Shown: piece by piece, positions 9,521 through 18,091 of the stretch
Position numbering within the stretch: position 1 is the stretch's first letter
Layout of the letters: the number at the start of each line of letters is the position of its first letter
Assembly (NCBI GenBank): GCA_001593865.1
Contig: LUCB01000012.1
Span: 2,485 to 66,484 of the forward strand
Source: Candidatus Bathyarchaeota archaeon B24
Lineage (GTDB): Archaea; Thermoproteota; CALKCG01; B24
Direction: 5' to 3'
DNA: 64,000 nt
Translations under genes and position numbers: made by a program
The notes under the pieces: model-generated
The model's input: the letters and a program-made list of their open reading frames with translations, nothing else
What the model was told of the DNA's origin: nothing
Database searches by the model: none

Positions 9521-9866
9521 CCTCCGCGGTTTTATAGGCCTCCTCAGCCTCTCTCAGCGTGTATGAGCTGACCCTAGCGTTGGGATACCTAGCCTGAACG
9601 TAGTGGTCTTCCAGCCTCCTAAGCTTATCCTCTTCGGGAAGATTAAGGTTCACAAGATTCTTAGCCTCTGAGGCCAGCCTAGTCAACGAGTGAGTGATCA
9701 GGTGTATCCCCGCCAGCCCTATCAAAAGGGCTTTAAATGCGAGTTCCGCCGCTTGCTGCGAATGAAAGCAGCTTAAAGCATAAAACCCGTGCTCTAAAGC
9801 CAGTTTAGCTAGTTTCAGATTCTCCTCGGCCTTATTCAGCCATCTGAACCCCATAGACCTAGCCAT
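9474..9866 (-). CDS. HEPN domain protein (toxin-type partner of MNT)
   Basis: All-helical 130-aa protein with R-x4-H motif (RRLEDH); gene overlaps the MNT gene in the classic two-gene module. Confidence 0.7.
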   Translation of the reverse strand: MARSMGFRWLNKAEENLKLAKLALEHGFYALSCFHSQQAAELAFKALLIGLAGIHLITHSLTRLASEAKNLVNLNLPEEDKLRRLEDHYVQARYPNARVSSYTLREAEEAYKTAEVVFNECSRAFREAEV

Positions 9867-9929
9867 CTGATTATGTTAAACCGTTACGGATGTTAAAAAA
9901 CTTCCCTTGTAATAAAATTAGAGATGCCG

Positions 9930-10490
9930 CTATGCTTTGAACCAGTTGAATAGAAGGTAGATAACCCTGTTCTCTTCAGGTCTCGGTATCGCTACGACGA
10001 ACCTCTTCCTCACGGTGGTCGCCAATCTACCGGACCTGACTATCTCGGTGGCGCTTATACTGTCTTTCAAAACCTTGACTTGAATTATGTAGGGGGCGTG
10101 GTCTATCCCCGGCCCCTTCTTGTAGACGGCGAAGTCTGAGCCGAACTTTATCCCAGGGGTCACGACATAGCCCTTATCCCTCAGGTCCTTGTACACCAGG
10201 TATTTCTCGTCGAAGCCGTCTATGGCTTCTCGGCAGCGTTTCAGAAGCTCCTCTCTGGAAGCTTCTTGACCCGTAACCTGGTCTACGACTGTTATGATCC
10301 CCTTCTCGTAGAGGTAAAACCCTTCGAGTAGGTCGAGTATGAGGGGCTTGTCGAAGTCCGCCGTCTTAGGCTTACTTATGCCGACCGGTTTACCGTAGAA
10401 CCCGAGCCTATAAAGCCTAGACCCCTCTGCGGGGTCCCAGACTATCAACCTGTCTCCTGCAAGGGTGGCGGTCGCTACGTGTGTTTTCAA
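9930..10490 (-). CDS. endA: tRNA-splicing endonuclease catalytic subunit
   Basis: C-terminal catalytic motif YKDLRDKGYVV...KFGSDFAVYKKGPG...HAPYIIQV; 186 aa. Confidence 0.85.
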   Translation of the reverse strand: MKTHVATATLAGDRLIVWDPAEGSRLYRLGFYGKPVGISKPKTADFDKPLILDLLEGFYLYEKGIITVVDQVTGQEASREELLKRCREAIDGFDEKYLVYKDLRDKGYVVTPGIKFGSDFAVYKKGPGIDHAPYIIQVKVLKDSISATEIVRSGRLATTVRKRFVVAIPRPEENRVIYLLFNWFKA

Positions 10491-12250
10491 ACAGGCTCAC
10501 CAAGTTCTTCGAACGATATTCTCCCTTTAAAGAATATCCTAAGCCTATCCTCTATACCCGCAAGAGGGGTTCTAACCTGTCTCCAGCTATCCCTATCCCT
10601 CAGCGTAACCGTGTCGTCCTTTAGGGTCTGGTAGTCTACGGTTAAAGCAAGAGGTATCCCCATCTCATCCGACCTGACGTATCGCCTCCCTATGGAACCA
10701 GAGTCGTCCCAATAAACCTCAAACCCCTCGTCTAGAAGCCTCCTGTAGACGCTCCAAGCCTTCTCCGGAAGCCCGTCCTTAGTCACGAGCGGGTACACGG
10801 CCACCTGAATCGGCGCTATGGAGACGGGGAAGCTCATGACGACCCTGCCCTCGCGTTCCGTATAGGCGTACTCCAAAGCCGAGTAGACAACCCTCTCCAA
10901 CCCGAAGCTCGGCTCGACGACGTGGGGTATGAACCTCTTACCCTTCTCCTCGACGGTTATCTTCTCGACCCTCACGTGCTCAGGTTTAACCGTGAAATCC
11001 CCAAGCCTGACGAAGCCCTTCTCAGCCAAGTTTTCGGCTAGAACCTCAGGCTTAACGCTTTTGATGAGCTTAAGGACCTCACCCATCTCGTCTCCGAAGT
11101 CCCTCCTTAAAGCCTCGTAGACGGGTTTAACCTGGGTCTTCTCGACCATTATGGGCTTCTCCAGGGGCTTGTAGACAGTCATATCGACGCCACTATGCTC
11201 CATATGCCTCCTAAGGTCGTAGTCTGTCCTATAGTTGTGCCCCGACACCTCGACCCATCCCCACCTCTCCAAGAGGATCTCCTGGTCAAACCCCTGAGAC
11301 GAGTAGTGTGCCCTCTCCCAGGGAAGCTTCTCGATAAACCTCTGACTCTCCTCTGGGACCCCGAGCTCCCTGATGAACTGCTTAGCCCTAGCCATGAAGT
11401 ATGCGAGCCACTCCATATCCACGACCCCTCTATCGAGGCTCTCCCTGACCGTAAGCTCTAAAGGCTCCTCACCGCCCTTAGCCCTGACGTCGCCCGGAAC
11501 TATCCTAAGAACCTCATCCTCCACCTCGCTGATCTTTGGACACTCAACGTCTTCAGGGTCTATGAACAGCTCCAGCTCCATGATCGTGAACTCCCTAAGC
11601 CTTATAGGCCCCTGTCTAGGCGAGATCTCGTTCCTCAGAACCTTACCTACCTGGGCTATGGCGAAGGGTAGCTTGCCCCGCTTAAGGTCCAAAACCCTTC
11701 TGAAGGCGAGGAACATCCCCTGAGCGGCTTCAGGTCTACCGTAGCCCACGTCCTCCGCGTAGGGACCTATGAAGGTCTTGAACATCGTCGTGAAGTAGTA
11801 CGGCTCACCCAGCTCGCCTCCGCATTCAGGACACTTCAAACCCTTATCCAAAACCAAGTCGTAGAGCTCTTTTAGACCCATCTTTTCGACCTCGACGCTG
11901 TCGAGGCCGAGCTTCTCCTCTATCAGATGGTCAGCCCTAAACCTCCTCCCGCATTTCAAACACTTGAAGGCGGGTTCTCTGAAGCTCTCTAGATGCCCCG
12001 ATGCCTCGAACACCACCTCTGGGTTTATCAAAGGCGTCTCGACCTCTACGAAACCCTCGCGTTTAACGAACCAGTCGACCCAAAGGTCTATTATCCTGCG
12101 TTTAAGCAGGACGCCGAGCGGTCCGAAGTCTAGGAACCCGCTGACGCCGCCGTAGATCTCGAACGCCTCCCAGAAGAAGCCTCTCCGCTTAGCAAGCTTC
12201 ACGATCTTCTCGTACTTATCCTCCCTGACATCCATGAAACCACCGTTCAC
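10487..12250 (-). CDS. glyS: Glycine--tRNA ligase (archaeal/eukaryal alpha2 type)
   Basis: Class II motifs including RNEISPRQGPIRLREFTIMELELF, and a C-terminal anticodon-binding domain; 587 aa. A TATA-like TGATATATATTT lies 25-35 nt upstream of the ATG, so the transcript is probably leaderless. Confidence 0.9.
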   Translation of the reverse strand: MNGGFMDVREDKYEKIVKLAKRRGFFWEAFEIYGGVSGFLDFGPLGVLLKRRIIDLWVDWFVKREGFVEVETPLINPEVVFEASGHLESFREPAFKCLKCGRRFRADHLIEEKLGLDSVEVEKMGLKELYDLVLDKGLKCPECGGELGEPYYFTTMFKTFIGPYAEDVGYGRPEAAQGMFLAFRRVLDLKRGKLPFAIAQVGKVLRNEISPRQGPIRLREFTIMELELFIDPEDVECPKISEVEDEVLRIVPGDVRAKGGEEPLELTVRESLDRGVVDMEWLAYFMARAKQFIRELGVPEESQRFIEKLPWERAHYSSQGFDQEILLERWGWVEVSGHNYRTDYDLRRHMEHSGVDMTVYKPLEKPIMVEKTQVKPVYEALRRDFGDEMGEVLKLIKSVKPEVLAENLAEKGFVRLGDFTVKPEHVRVEKITVEEKGKRFIPHVVEPSFGLERVVYSALEYAYTEREGRVVMSFPVSIAPIQVAVYPLVTKDGLPEKAWSVYRRLLDEGFEVYWDDSGSIGRRYVRSDEMGIPLALTVDYQTLKDDTVTLRDRDSWRQVRTPLAGIEDRLRIFFKGRISFEELGEPV

Positions 12251-12383
12251 CGAAACCTATCAACACGTAACGGTGATATATATTTCTCTCGAATCTCTCA
12301 CATCCTCTGTCCTGAAAGATAGGTCTCTAGAAGGTCTTAAGGAGGGGTCGTAGAGGCGGGGGCTGAGACGTTAGACTAGGGCA

Positions 12384-12542
12384 CTAGATGGCTTTAACCT
12401 TCTTGACGACAGGTGAGCGGACCTTCATGAGAATCTTAAACCCGCATTTAGGGCATTTGAGGTCTGGGCTTATCCTAAGCCTCTCGTAGGGAACTAGGGC
12501 TCCGCACCTGAAGCACTTGTAAATCATTCCGCCGCTGTTCAT
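12384..12542 (-). CDS. rpoP: DNA-directed RNA polymerase subunit P (Rpo12/RpoP), 52 aa (or 47 aa from the second Met); absent from the ORF track because it is shorter than 60 aa
   Basis: Hand translation gives MNSGGMIYKCFRCGALVPYERLRISPDLKCPKCGFKILMKVRSPVVKKVKAI, the Rpb12/RpoP zinc-ribbon pattern (YKC.RCG...CP.CG.KIL.K.R). A TTTAAAT TATA box lies about 30 nt upstream. Confidence 0.75.
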   Translation of the reverse strand: MNSGGMIYKCFRCGALVPYERLRISPDLKCPKCGFKILMKVRSPVVKKVKAI

Positions 12543-12592
12543 CGATGCATCAACTATGTGAGCCCACGATTTAAACGTTTCCGGGAGACCGG

Positions 12593-13408
12593 TTAGTACC
12601 AGCCTAGGGTTCCCTCGCGTTTAGCCCTCGTCACACCCCATTGAAATATCTTATAGCCTAGCGGGAAAAGTATGACTGCGAACACGGCTCCTTTGAGGAA
12701 ATCCATCTGAACGCTTGGGTCGAGGAGCGAGGGGTTGGTGAGCATGGCGAGCCTGCAGAGATGGTAGACCCAAGTCTGCGGGAGGAACCAGGAGACCATC
12801 GAGACCCCTGGGAAGAATATCGTGTCCAGGTAGACGACGGGGAACGCTATCCCCGAGAAGAGGTTCTGGAGGACGTTTATCAGCCATGTAACCGGGTCTG
12901 TCGACTTCGTCACGATCCTCAAGCCTGTGGAGATCATAGCCAGCCCTAGGAGTATGAAGGTGGAGATCGCGAACGCTATTACCGTGGCTACCGGGTTCAT
13001 GTTCAACCTAGCACCGAACAAGTAGATACCTACGAAGATGTAGGGGATGAACGAGATGATCGAAAGTATATACCTCCAGCTTACGTTACCGATGACGAAG
13101 ACGGGGGTGCTCACACCTGTCATGAGGATCGTCTCGAGGGTCCAAGGGTTAAGCTGCCTTTCCACACCGTAGACGAGGGGCATTATGAGGTTACCTATGC
13201 AGATCCCTACGATCAGGAAGGAGACGTAATCGCTGCCATACATCTCTTGCACCGGTCTCTGCACGTAGGTAGCGTTCACACCCCACGCGAAGACCCCTAT
13301 GAATATGTTGATAAGCTGGGTTATCGCCGCAGTCTTGTAGGTCGACCAGCTGTAGAAGTCCCGCTTGGTAAAAGCGAGGATCTGCTTCAACGCTATCGGG
13401 ATCTCCAC
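12593..13408 (-). CDS. ABC-2 type transporter permease
   Basis: Six TM segments with ABC-2 family architecture; overlaps and is co-directional with the ATPase gene. Confidence 0.7.
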   Translation of the reverse strand: MEIPIALKQILAFTKRDFYSWSTYKTAAITQLINIFIGVFAWGVNATYVQRPVQEMYGSDYVSFLIVGICIGNLIMPLVYGVERQLNPWTLETILMTGVSTPVFVIGNVSWRYILSIISFIPYIFVGIYLFGARLNMNPVATVIAFAISTFILLGLAMISTGLRIVTKSTDPVTWLINVLQNLFSGIAFPVVYLDTIFFPGVSMVSWFLPQTWVYHLCRLAMLTNPSLLDPSVQMDFLKGAVFAVILFPLGYKIFQWGVTRAKREGTLGWY

Positions 13409-14517
13409 CTCACACCACCCCCGGGCCTACCTGGCCGCCACGGGTTTTTCCTCGTGATCGCTATGAACGCGTCTTCCAACGTCGGCTCTAACGTGTTTAT
13501 CGTCTTGATCTTCAAACCGTTCCTCATTATAACCCCTAGTATGCTTGAAAGGTCCATATTCTTATCCACACGAACCGATAAACCCCTAAAGTCTCCGCCG
13601 GGCGAGATGTCTGGGGTGACCCCGTGGACACCGTATATCTCCTGGATCTCATCTATCATCTTCTCATATTTGCTGTTAAAGACGGCGTCGATGAACGCTA
13701 TGCGGACGATTCTCTCGTCGAAAAGCATGTACCTGATGTTGTCAGGGGTATCGCATGCAGTTATCTTTCCACGGTCGATGATCGCTATACGGTCACACAT
13801 CTCCTGCGCCTCGTACAGGTTATGGGTGCTGAGAAAGATCGTTTTCCCCTCCTTCCGCGCCATCTCACGTAGTAATCCACGGAATTCGGCGGCCGAGGCC
13901 GGGTCTAAACCCACGGTAGGCTCGTCGAAGAGGAGTATAGGCGTATCCCTAAGAAGAGCCCTACAAAGCAAGAGCTTACGCTGCATCCCGGTAGAATACT
14001 GCTGGTACATGTCGTCTGCCCTATCCTCCAACCCGGTGAATTCTAGGAGATAGTTTATCCTCTTCTTCGCCTCCTCATCCCTAAGCCCGTACAATAAAGC
14101 GTAAAATTCAAGGTTCTGCCGGCCTGTCAGCCTCCAGCTAAAACCTCTGCTCCCAGGTAAGACCGCCTGAACGTTTTTGAGAACCTGCTTGCTCTCTTTA
14201 ACGACGTCGTAGCCTGCGACGTAAGCTTCACCACCGTCAGGCAGGACGAGCGTGCAAAGGATCTTGATCAACGTGGTCTTCCCGGCTCCGTTGGGACCGA
14301 GTACCCCGAAAACCTCACCCCTTTTAACCTTGAGGTTAACCCCGCGGAGGGCCTCTATGAAAGGCCCCTTCTCGCCTTTGATCAGCCGGAGGATCGACGT
14401 GAAGGAGGGGACACGTCCGCGGTGGAAGTGGAAGGGCGCCCCCCTCAGCTTCTTAGCGCTCGTAGGATATCTCTTCACAAGGTCTATGGTTTCTATAGCG
14501 TAATCCACCGGTCTCAC
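13393..14517 (-). CDS. ABC transporter ATP-binding protein with C-terminal extension
   Basis: Walker A GPNGAGKTT, signature YSTGMQRKLLL, Walker B LLFDEPTVGLD. Confidence 0.85.
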   Translation of the reverse strand: MRPVDYAIETIDLVKRYPTSAKKLRGAPFHFHRGRVPSFTSILRLIKGEKGPFIEALRGVNLKVKRGEVFGVLGPNGAGKTTLIKILCTLVLPDGGEAYVAGYDVVKESKQVLKNVQAVLPGSRGFSWRLTGRQNLEFYALLYGLRDEEAKKRINYLLEFTGLEDRADDMYQQYSTGMQRKLLLCRALLRDTPILLFDEPTVGLDPASAAEFRGLLREMARKEGKTIFLSTHNLYEAQEMCDRIAIIDRGKITACDTPDNIRYMLFDERIVRIAFIDAVFNSKYEKMIDEIQEIYGVHGVTPDISPGGDFRGLSVRVDKNMDLSSILGVIMRNGLKIKTINTLEPTLEDAFIAITRKNPWRPGRPGGGVRWRSR

Positions 14518-15041
14518 CCCCTGTTCGCCTCCAGGCTTTTACGCAGCCTCTCGAGGTCCTCAGCCGCCTTAGCTAGGATCGAACACACCTTCTCAGAAAC
14601 CTCATCCGCGTTCTCCTCTCGAAGATAGGGAGTTATCCTCTCTATAGACTCGAAAAGCCGTACGCTCGACCGGTATAGGTCTTCATTCATACCCATAAGG
14701 ATCTTCAGCCACATCCTCCTTATCGAGTGGAACTTCCTCATTAACACCTTTCTCCTCTCATACTCCTTAAGCAGTTCTTCTCCCTTCTTGGTTAGAACGA
14801 AACGCCTAAGGTCCCTCTCCTCCGGTTCTACCTCTTCTATGAAGCCGTCTTCCCGTAGCCTCGCCAGTAACGGGTATATCGAGCCTGGGCTAGGTCTCCA
14901 GCCGGTCCGCTTCTCTATGCTTTCCATAAGCTCAGACCCGGACATCGGTCTAAGGCTTAAAAGCTTCAGGACGCCGTAGCGTAGAAACCCCCTAGGGATA
15001 CCGACCGAGCGTCTCATCCAGTCTCTTTCTCGTCTAGCCAT
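14514..15041 (-). CDS. PadR-family transcriptional regulator (first gene of the PadR-ABC operon)
   Basis: PadR wHTH motif (GSELMESIEKRTGWRPSPGSIYPLLARLREDGFI); stop overlaps the ATPase start. Confidence 0.75.
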   Translation of the reverse strand: MARRERDWMRRSVGIPRGFLRYGVLKLLSLRPMSGSELMESIEKRTGWRPSPGSIYPLLARLREDGFIEEVEPEERDLRRFVLTKKGEELLKEYERRKVLMRKFHSIRRMWLKILMGMNEDLYRSSVRLFESIERITPYLREENADEVSEKVCSILAKAAEDLERLRKSLEANRG

Positions 15042-15168
15042 ATATCACTAACGATATCATTAGTGATATAGCATATAAGTCTCTCGGTAGAACGCTCCTA
15101 TAACCCTCTAAGTATCGTGAGTTTGGAAAAATTGAAGCGTATCTAACCGTCGCTCTTCGGCCGTATCG

Positions 15169-16491
15169 CTACTTTTTGAAGAAGCGTGGCAGATAGTCGG
15201 CGTGGGCGTTAAGCAGTTCTTCGAGAAGCATCTTGACTTGGTCGGGTTTGAGCTTGGCGGCTACCTGAGGGTCTTGCAGTAGGGCTTGGAACGCTATGTC
15301 CTTATCACCTGTCAGCGCGGCTTCGACCGTGAGCTTCTGAGCCTCCACATGGTTGCTCAAGACGGCCGCTAAGGGTCCTGGAAGCTTCCCCACGTGGAGA
15401 GGTGTGACCCCGTAACCGCCTACGGTCGATGAGACCTCGACGACGGCGTCGTAGGGGAGGTTCTCAATAGCCCCTCTGTTCAAAGTGTTCACCACGTAAA
15501 CCTCGTTGCGGTTCTCGACGAGCGCCTCGATTATGTCGACGACCAACACGGCCTCTCCGCTTGGTAGTACGTCCAAGCTTATATCTCTCACACCAGCCGC
15601 CATGTCCCTAACGATCTTCTCCCACTTGGCAAACCTCTTCGCACTCTCCTTCATATCGTGAACCCTTATCCCGAAGTTCATCCTAAGCCCTTGAAGCCTC
15701 CCTCTGTACTCCTCCTCAAGCTTGCATAGGAAGGGGAAGAACTCCGTCCAATGCCCCCAACAGTAGGGTAATACGTTATACTCGTCTAGGAACAGCCTTA
15801 TGACGGGGTTTGAGACGTTCTTCCTTATAAGCGGAAACGCGTCTCTACCGTCTCTAAGCCTCAGGCGAAGTATGGCCGCGCAGTGGTTTAAACCTGCGGC
15901 CGGGGCGGGGGTTATGATCTCGCTAGGGTCTACCCCGACCCACCTAGCTAGATAACCGGGGTTGGCCGGTATAGAGGAGCATGTGCAAAGACCCACGACG
16001 TTGACGTTCGAGTTCTTGATCATAGCCATGCAGTTCGCGGTCACAGGGTTCGTGTAGTTGAAAACCCAAGCCTTAGGCGAGACTTCTTCAAGCTCCTTCG
16101 CCATCTCGACCAACACGGGTATGTGACGGAACGCCCTCATTATACCTCCGGGGCCGATGGAGTCGCACACGGGCATGTAGATGCCGTATTTAGCGGGGAT
16201 CTCTATGTCCTTCTCCCAGGCATCCACTCCTCCGACGGCTATGGCGGTTATCACGAAATCCGCGTCTGTGAGAGACTCCCTCCTATCGGTCGTCGCCTCG
16301 ACTTTTAGGGATGCCCCCGTTTTCTCCACAAGCTTCTTGGAAAGCCTAGCCATCACGTCGAGCCTATGCTCGTCCACGTCCATCAAGCATATCGTGCTAT
16401 CCTGCAGAACCTCGGACCCTATGAAAAGCCTCATCAGCTGGGGTGTGAAGGTGCTGCTTCCACCGCCGATTATCGTAATCTTGAAGCTCAT
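15169..16491 (-). CDS. Glycoside hydrolase family 4 (NAD+/Mn2+-dependent alpha-glucosidase/6-phospho-glucosidase)
   Basis: N-terminal Rossmann motif KITIIGGGSSTFTP, GH4 length of 440 aa and conserved Cys/His region. Confidence 0.8.
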   Translation of the reverse strand: MSFKITIIGGGSSTFTPQLMRLFIGSEVLQDSTICLMDVDEHRLDVMARLSKKLVEKTGASLKVEATTDRRESLTDADFVITAIAVGGVDAWEKDIEIPAKYGIYMPVCDSIGPGGIMRAFRHIPVLVEMAKELEEVSPKAWVFNYTNPVTANCMAMIKNSNVNVVGLCTCSSIPANPGYLARWVGVDPSEIITPAPAAGLNHCAAILRLRLRDGRDAFPLIRKNVSNPVIRLFLDEYNVLPYCWGHWTEFFPFLCKLEEEYRGRLQGLRMNFGIRVHDMKESAKRFAKWEKIVRDMAAGVRDISLDVLPSGEAVLVVDIIEALVENRNEVYVVNTLNRGAIENLPYDAVVEVSSTVGGYGVTPLHVGKLPGPLAAVLSNHVEAQKLTVEAALTGDKDIAFQALLQDPQVAAKLKPDQVKMLLEELLNAHADYLPRFFKK

Positions 16492-16555
16492 AGTTAAAAA
16501 TGATTGGCCAGAATACGATATAAGCTTTTGACAGCTGAAACTCGCTGAATCGAGG

Positions 16556-16623
16556 TAGCGGCTCAGCCAAATGCCTTTCGTTCACAGACGTTGCTCACCG
16601 TAACTTTGAATCATCACGGCCGC
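16556..16623 (-). ncRNA. Box C/D sRNA candidate (2'-O-methylation guide)
   Basis: Minus strand reads GCGGC-CG-GUGAUGA (perfect C box), 12 nt, GUGA (D'-like), 7 nt, UGUGAA (C'-like), 14 nt, CUGA (D box), GC-GCCGC. The 5-bp terminal stem GCGGC/GCCGC brackets the C and D boxes. Confidence 0.45.
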
Positions 16624-16732
16624 TGCTTCTAACTGCGTGGCTGGGGGCTTAAAGTTTACGCTTTTCTCCATAGACGAATCCTATGGTTGCAAAGGTTTAT
16701 CTTTAGAGCATACTATGTTAGTTTAAGAAGCC

Positions 16733-18091
16733 TTGAGTCTTGAAGGTTTAGGAAAGTCTCTCAGAAGCACGTTAGCCAAGGTTTTCAAAGCATCTAGGGT
16801 CGATAAGGAGCTCGTGAAAGGTCTGGTAAACGACCTTGTTAGGGCTCTGCTTCAAGCCGATGTCCAAGTAGACCTTGTAATAGACCTGGCTAAGAGGGTC
16901 GAGGATAGGGCTTTGAACGAGAAGCCTCCTCCAGGTGTGACCAGACGGGAGCATATAGTCAAAGTCGTGTACGACGAGGTGGTTAAGCTTCTCGGAGGGG
17001 AGAATGTCTCAAGCCCTGTCCCTAAGCTGGGTAAGATGAACGTATACATGCTCGTAGGCCTACAGGGTTCAGGCAAGACGACGACGGCGTGTAAACTGGC
17101 CTCATTCTACCAGCGAAGAGGGTTCAGAACCGGCCTGATATGCGCGGATGTCTACAGGCCTGGGGCGTATCAACAGCTTAAACAACTTGGCGATAAGGCT
17201 GGAGTACCCGTTTACGGCGAGCCCGACGGGAAGGATCCCGTGAAGATAGTTTTGGATGGATTAGAGCTGTTTAGGAGGTCTAAGCGAGACCTAGTCATAA
17301 TCGACACGGCTGGGAGGCATAAAGACGAGGAGTCCCTCATGAAGGAGGTCAAAGAACTCTACGAGGTTATAAAGCCGGACGAGGTCATTCTGACGGTCGA
17401 CGCTACGATAGGGCAGCAAGCGTATAGTCAGGCTAAGGCTTTCCATGAAGCCGTCGGAGTGGGGTCTATAATAGTCACGAAAATGGACGGCTCAGCCCGT
17501 GGAGGAGGCGCGTTATCGGCTGTGGCGGCTACAGGGGCTCCTGTGAAGTTTATAGGCGTCGGTGAAAAGCTCGACGACCTAGAGGTCTTCAACCCCAGGA
17601 GGTTCGTAGCCAGGCTCTTGGGGTTCGGAGACATCGAGGGTCTTTTGGAGAAGTTTAAACGTGCCGAGCTTAAGGTCTCCGAGAAAGAGGCTAGGAGCGT
17701 TCTGATGGGGCGGTTCACGCTTAAAGACCTCTACAAGCAGATGGAGAGCCTGAGAAAGCTAGGCCCCTTGAAGTCGATTATAAGCCATCTTCCAGGGTTC
17801 TCCTATGGTCTCTCGGATGAGCTTCTGGAGGAGGCTGAGGATAAGATGGATAGGTGGAAGGCCATAATAGAGTCGATGACTGAGGAGGAGAGGGTTAACC
17901 CCAAGGTTTTGAACGCTTCCAGGGTTCGTAGGATCGCCCGTGGAGCCGGGGTCTCAGAGAGGGATGTTAAGGAGCTTATCAAATACTACGAGCGCACCGT
18001 TAAGCTCCTAAAGGCTATGAGGGGTAGAAGGTCTCTGCTAAGGGCCGGTAGAAGGACAGGTTTCAAGGTGCCTAAGGTTGATATTGGATAA
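16733..18091 (+). CDS. srp54: Signal recognition particle protein SRP54 (probable TTG start)
   Basis: NG domain with GLQGSGKTTT and DTAGR motifs; Met-rich M domain at the C-terminus. Confidence 0.9.
   Translation: MSLEGLGKSLRSTLAKVFKASRVDKELVKGLVNDLVRALLQADVQVDLVIDLAKRVEDRALNEKPPPGVTRREHIVKVVYDEVVKLLGGENVSSPVPKLGKMNVYMLVGLQGSGKTTTACKLASFYQRRGFRTGLICADVYRPGAYQQLKQLGDKAGVPVYGEPDGKDPVKIVLDGLELFRRSKRDLVIIDTAGRHKDEESLMKEVKELYEVIKPDEVILTVDATIGQQAYSQAKAFHEAVGVGSIIVTKMDGSARGGGALSAVAATGAPVKFIGVGEKLDDLEVFNPRRFVARLLGFGDIEGLLEKFKRAELKVSEKEARSVLMGRFTLKDLYKQMESLRKLGPLKSIISHLPGFSYGLSDELLEEAEDKMDRWKAIIESMTEEERVNPKVLNASRVRRIARGAGVSERDVKELIKYYERTVKLLKAMRGRRSLLRAGRRTGFKVPKVDIG

Noticed and set aside
12251-12383. 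Box C/D sRNA in the glyS-rpoP gap (GGUGAUAU...CUGU...CUGA)
   Set aside because: The C-box-like sequence deviates (GUGAUAU) and there is no terminal stem or proper spacing. The region is better explained as the glyS TATA promoter.
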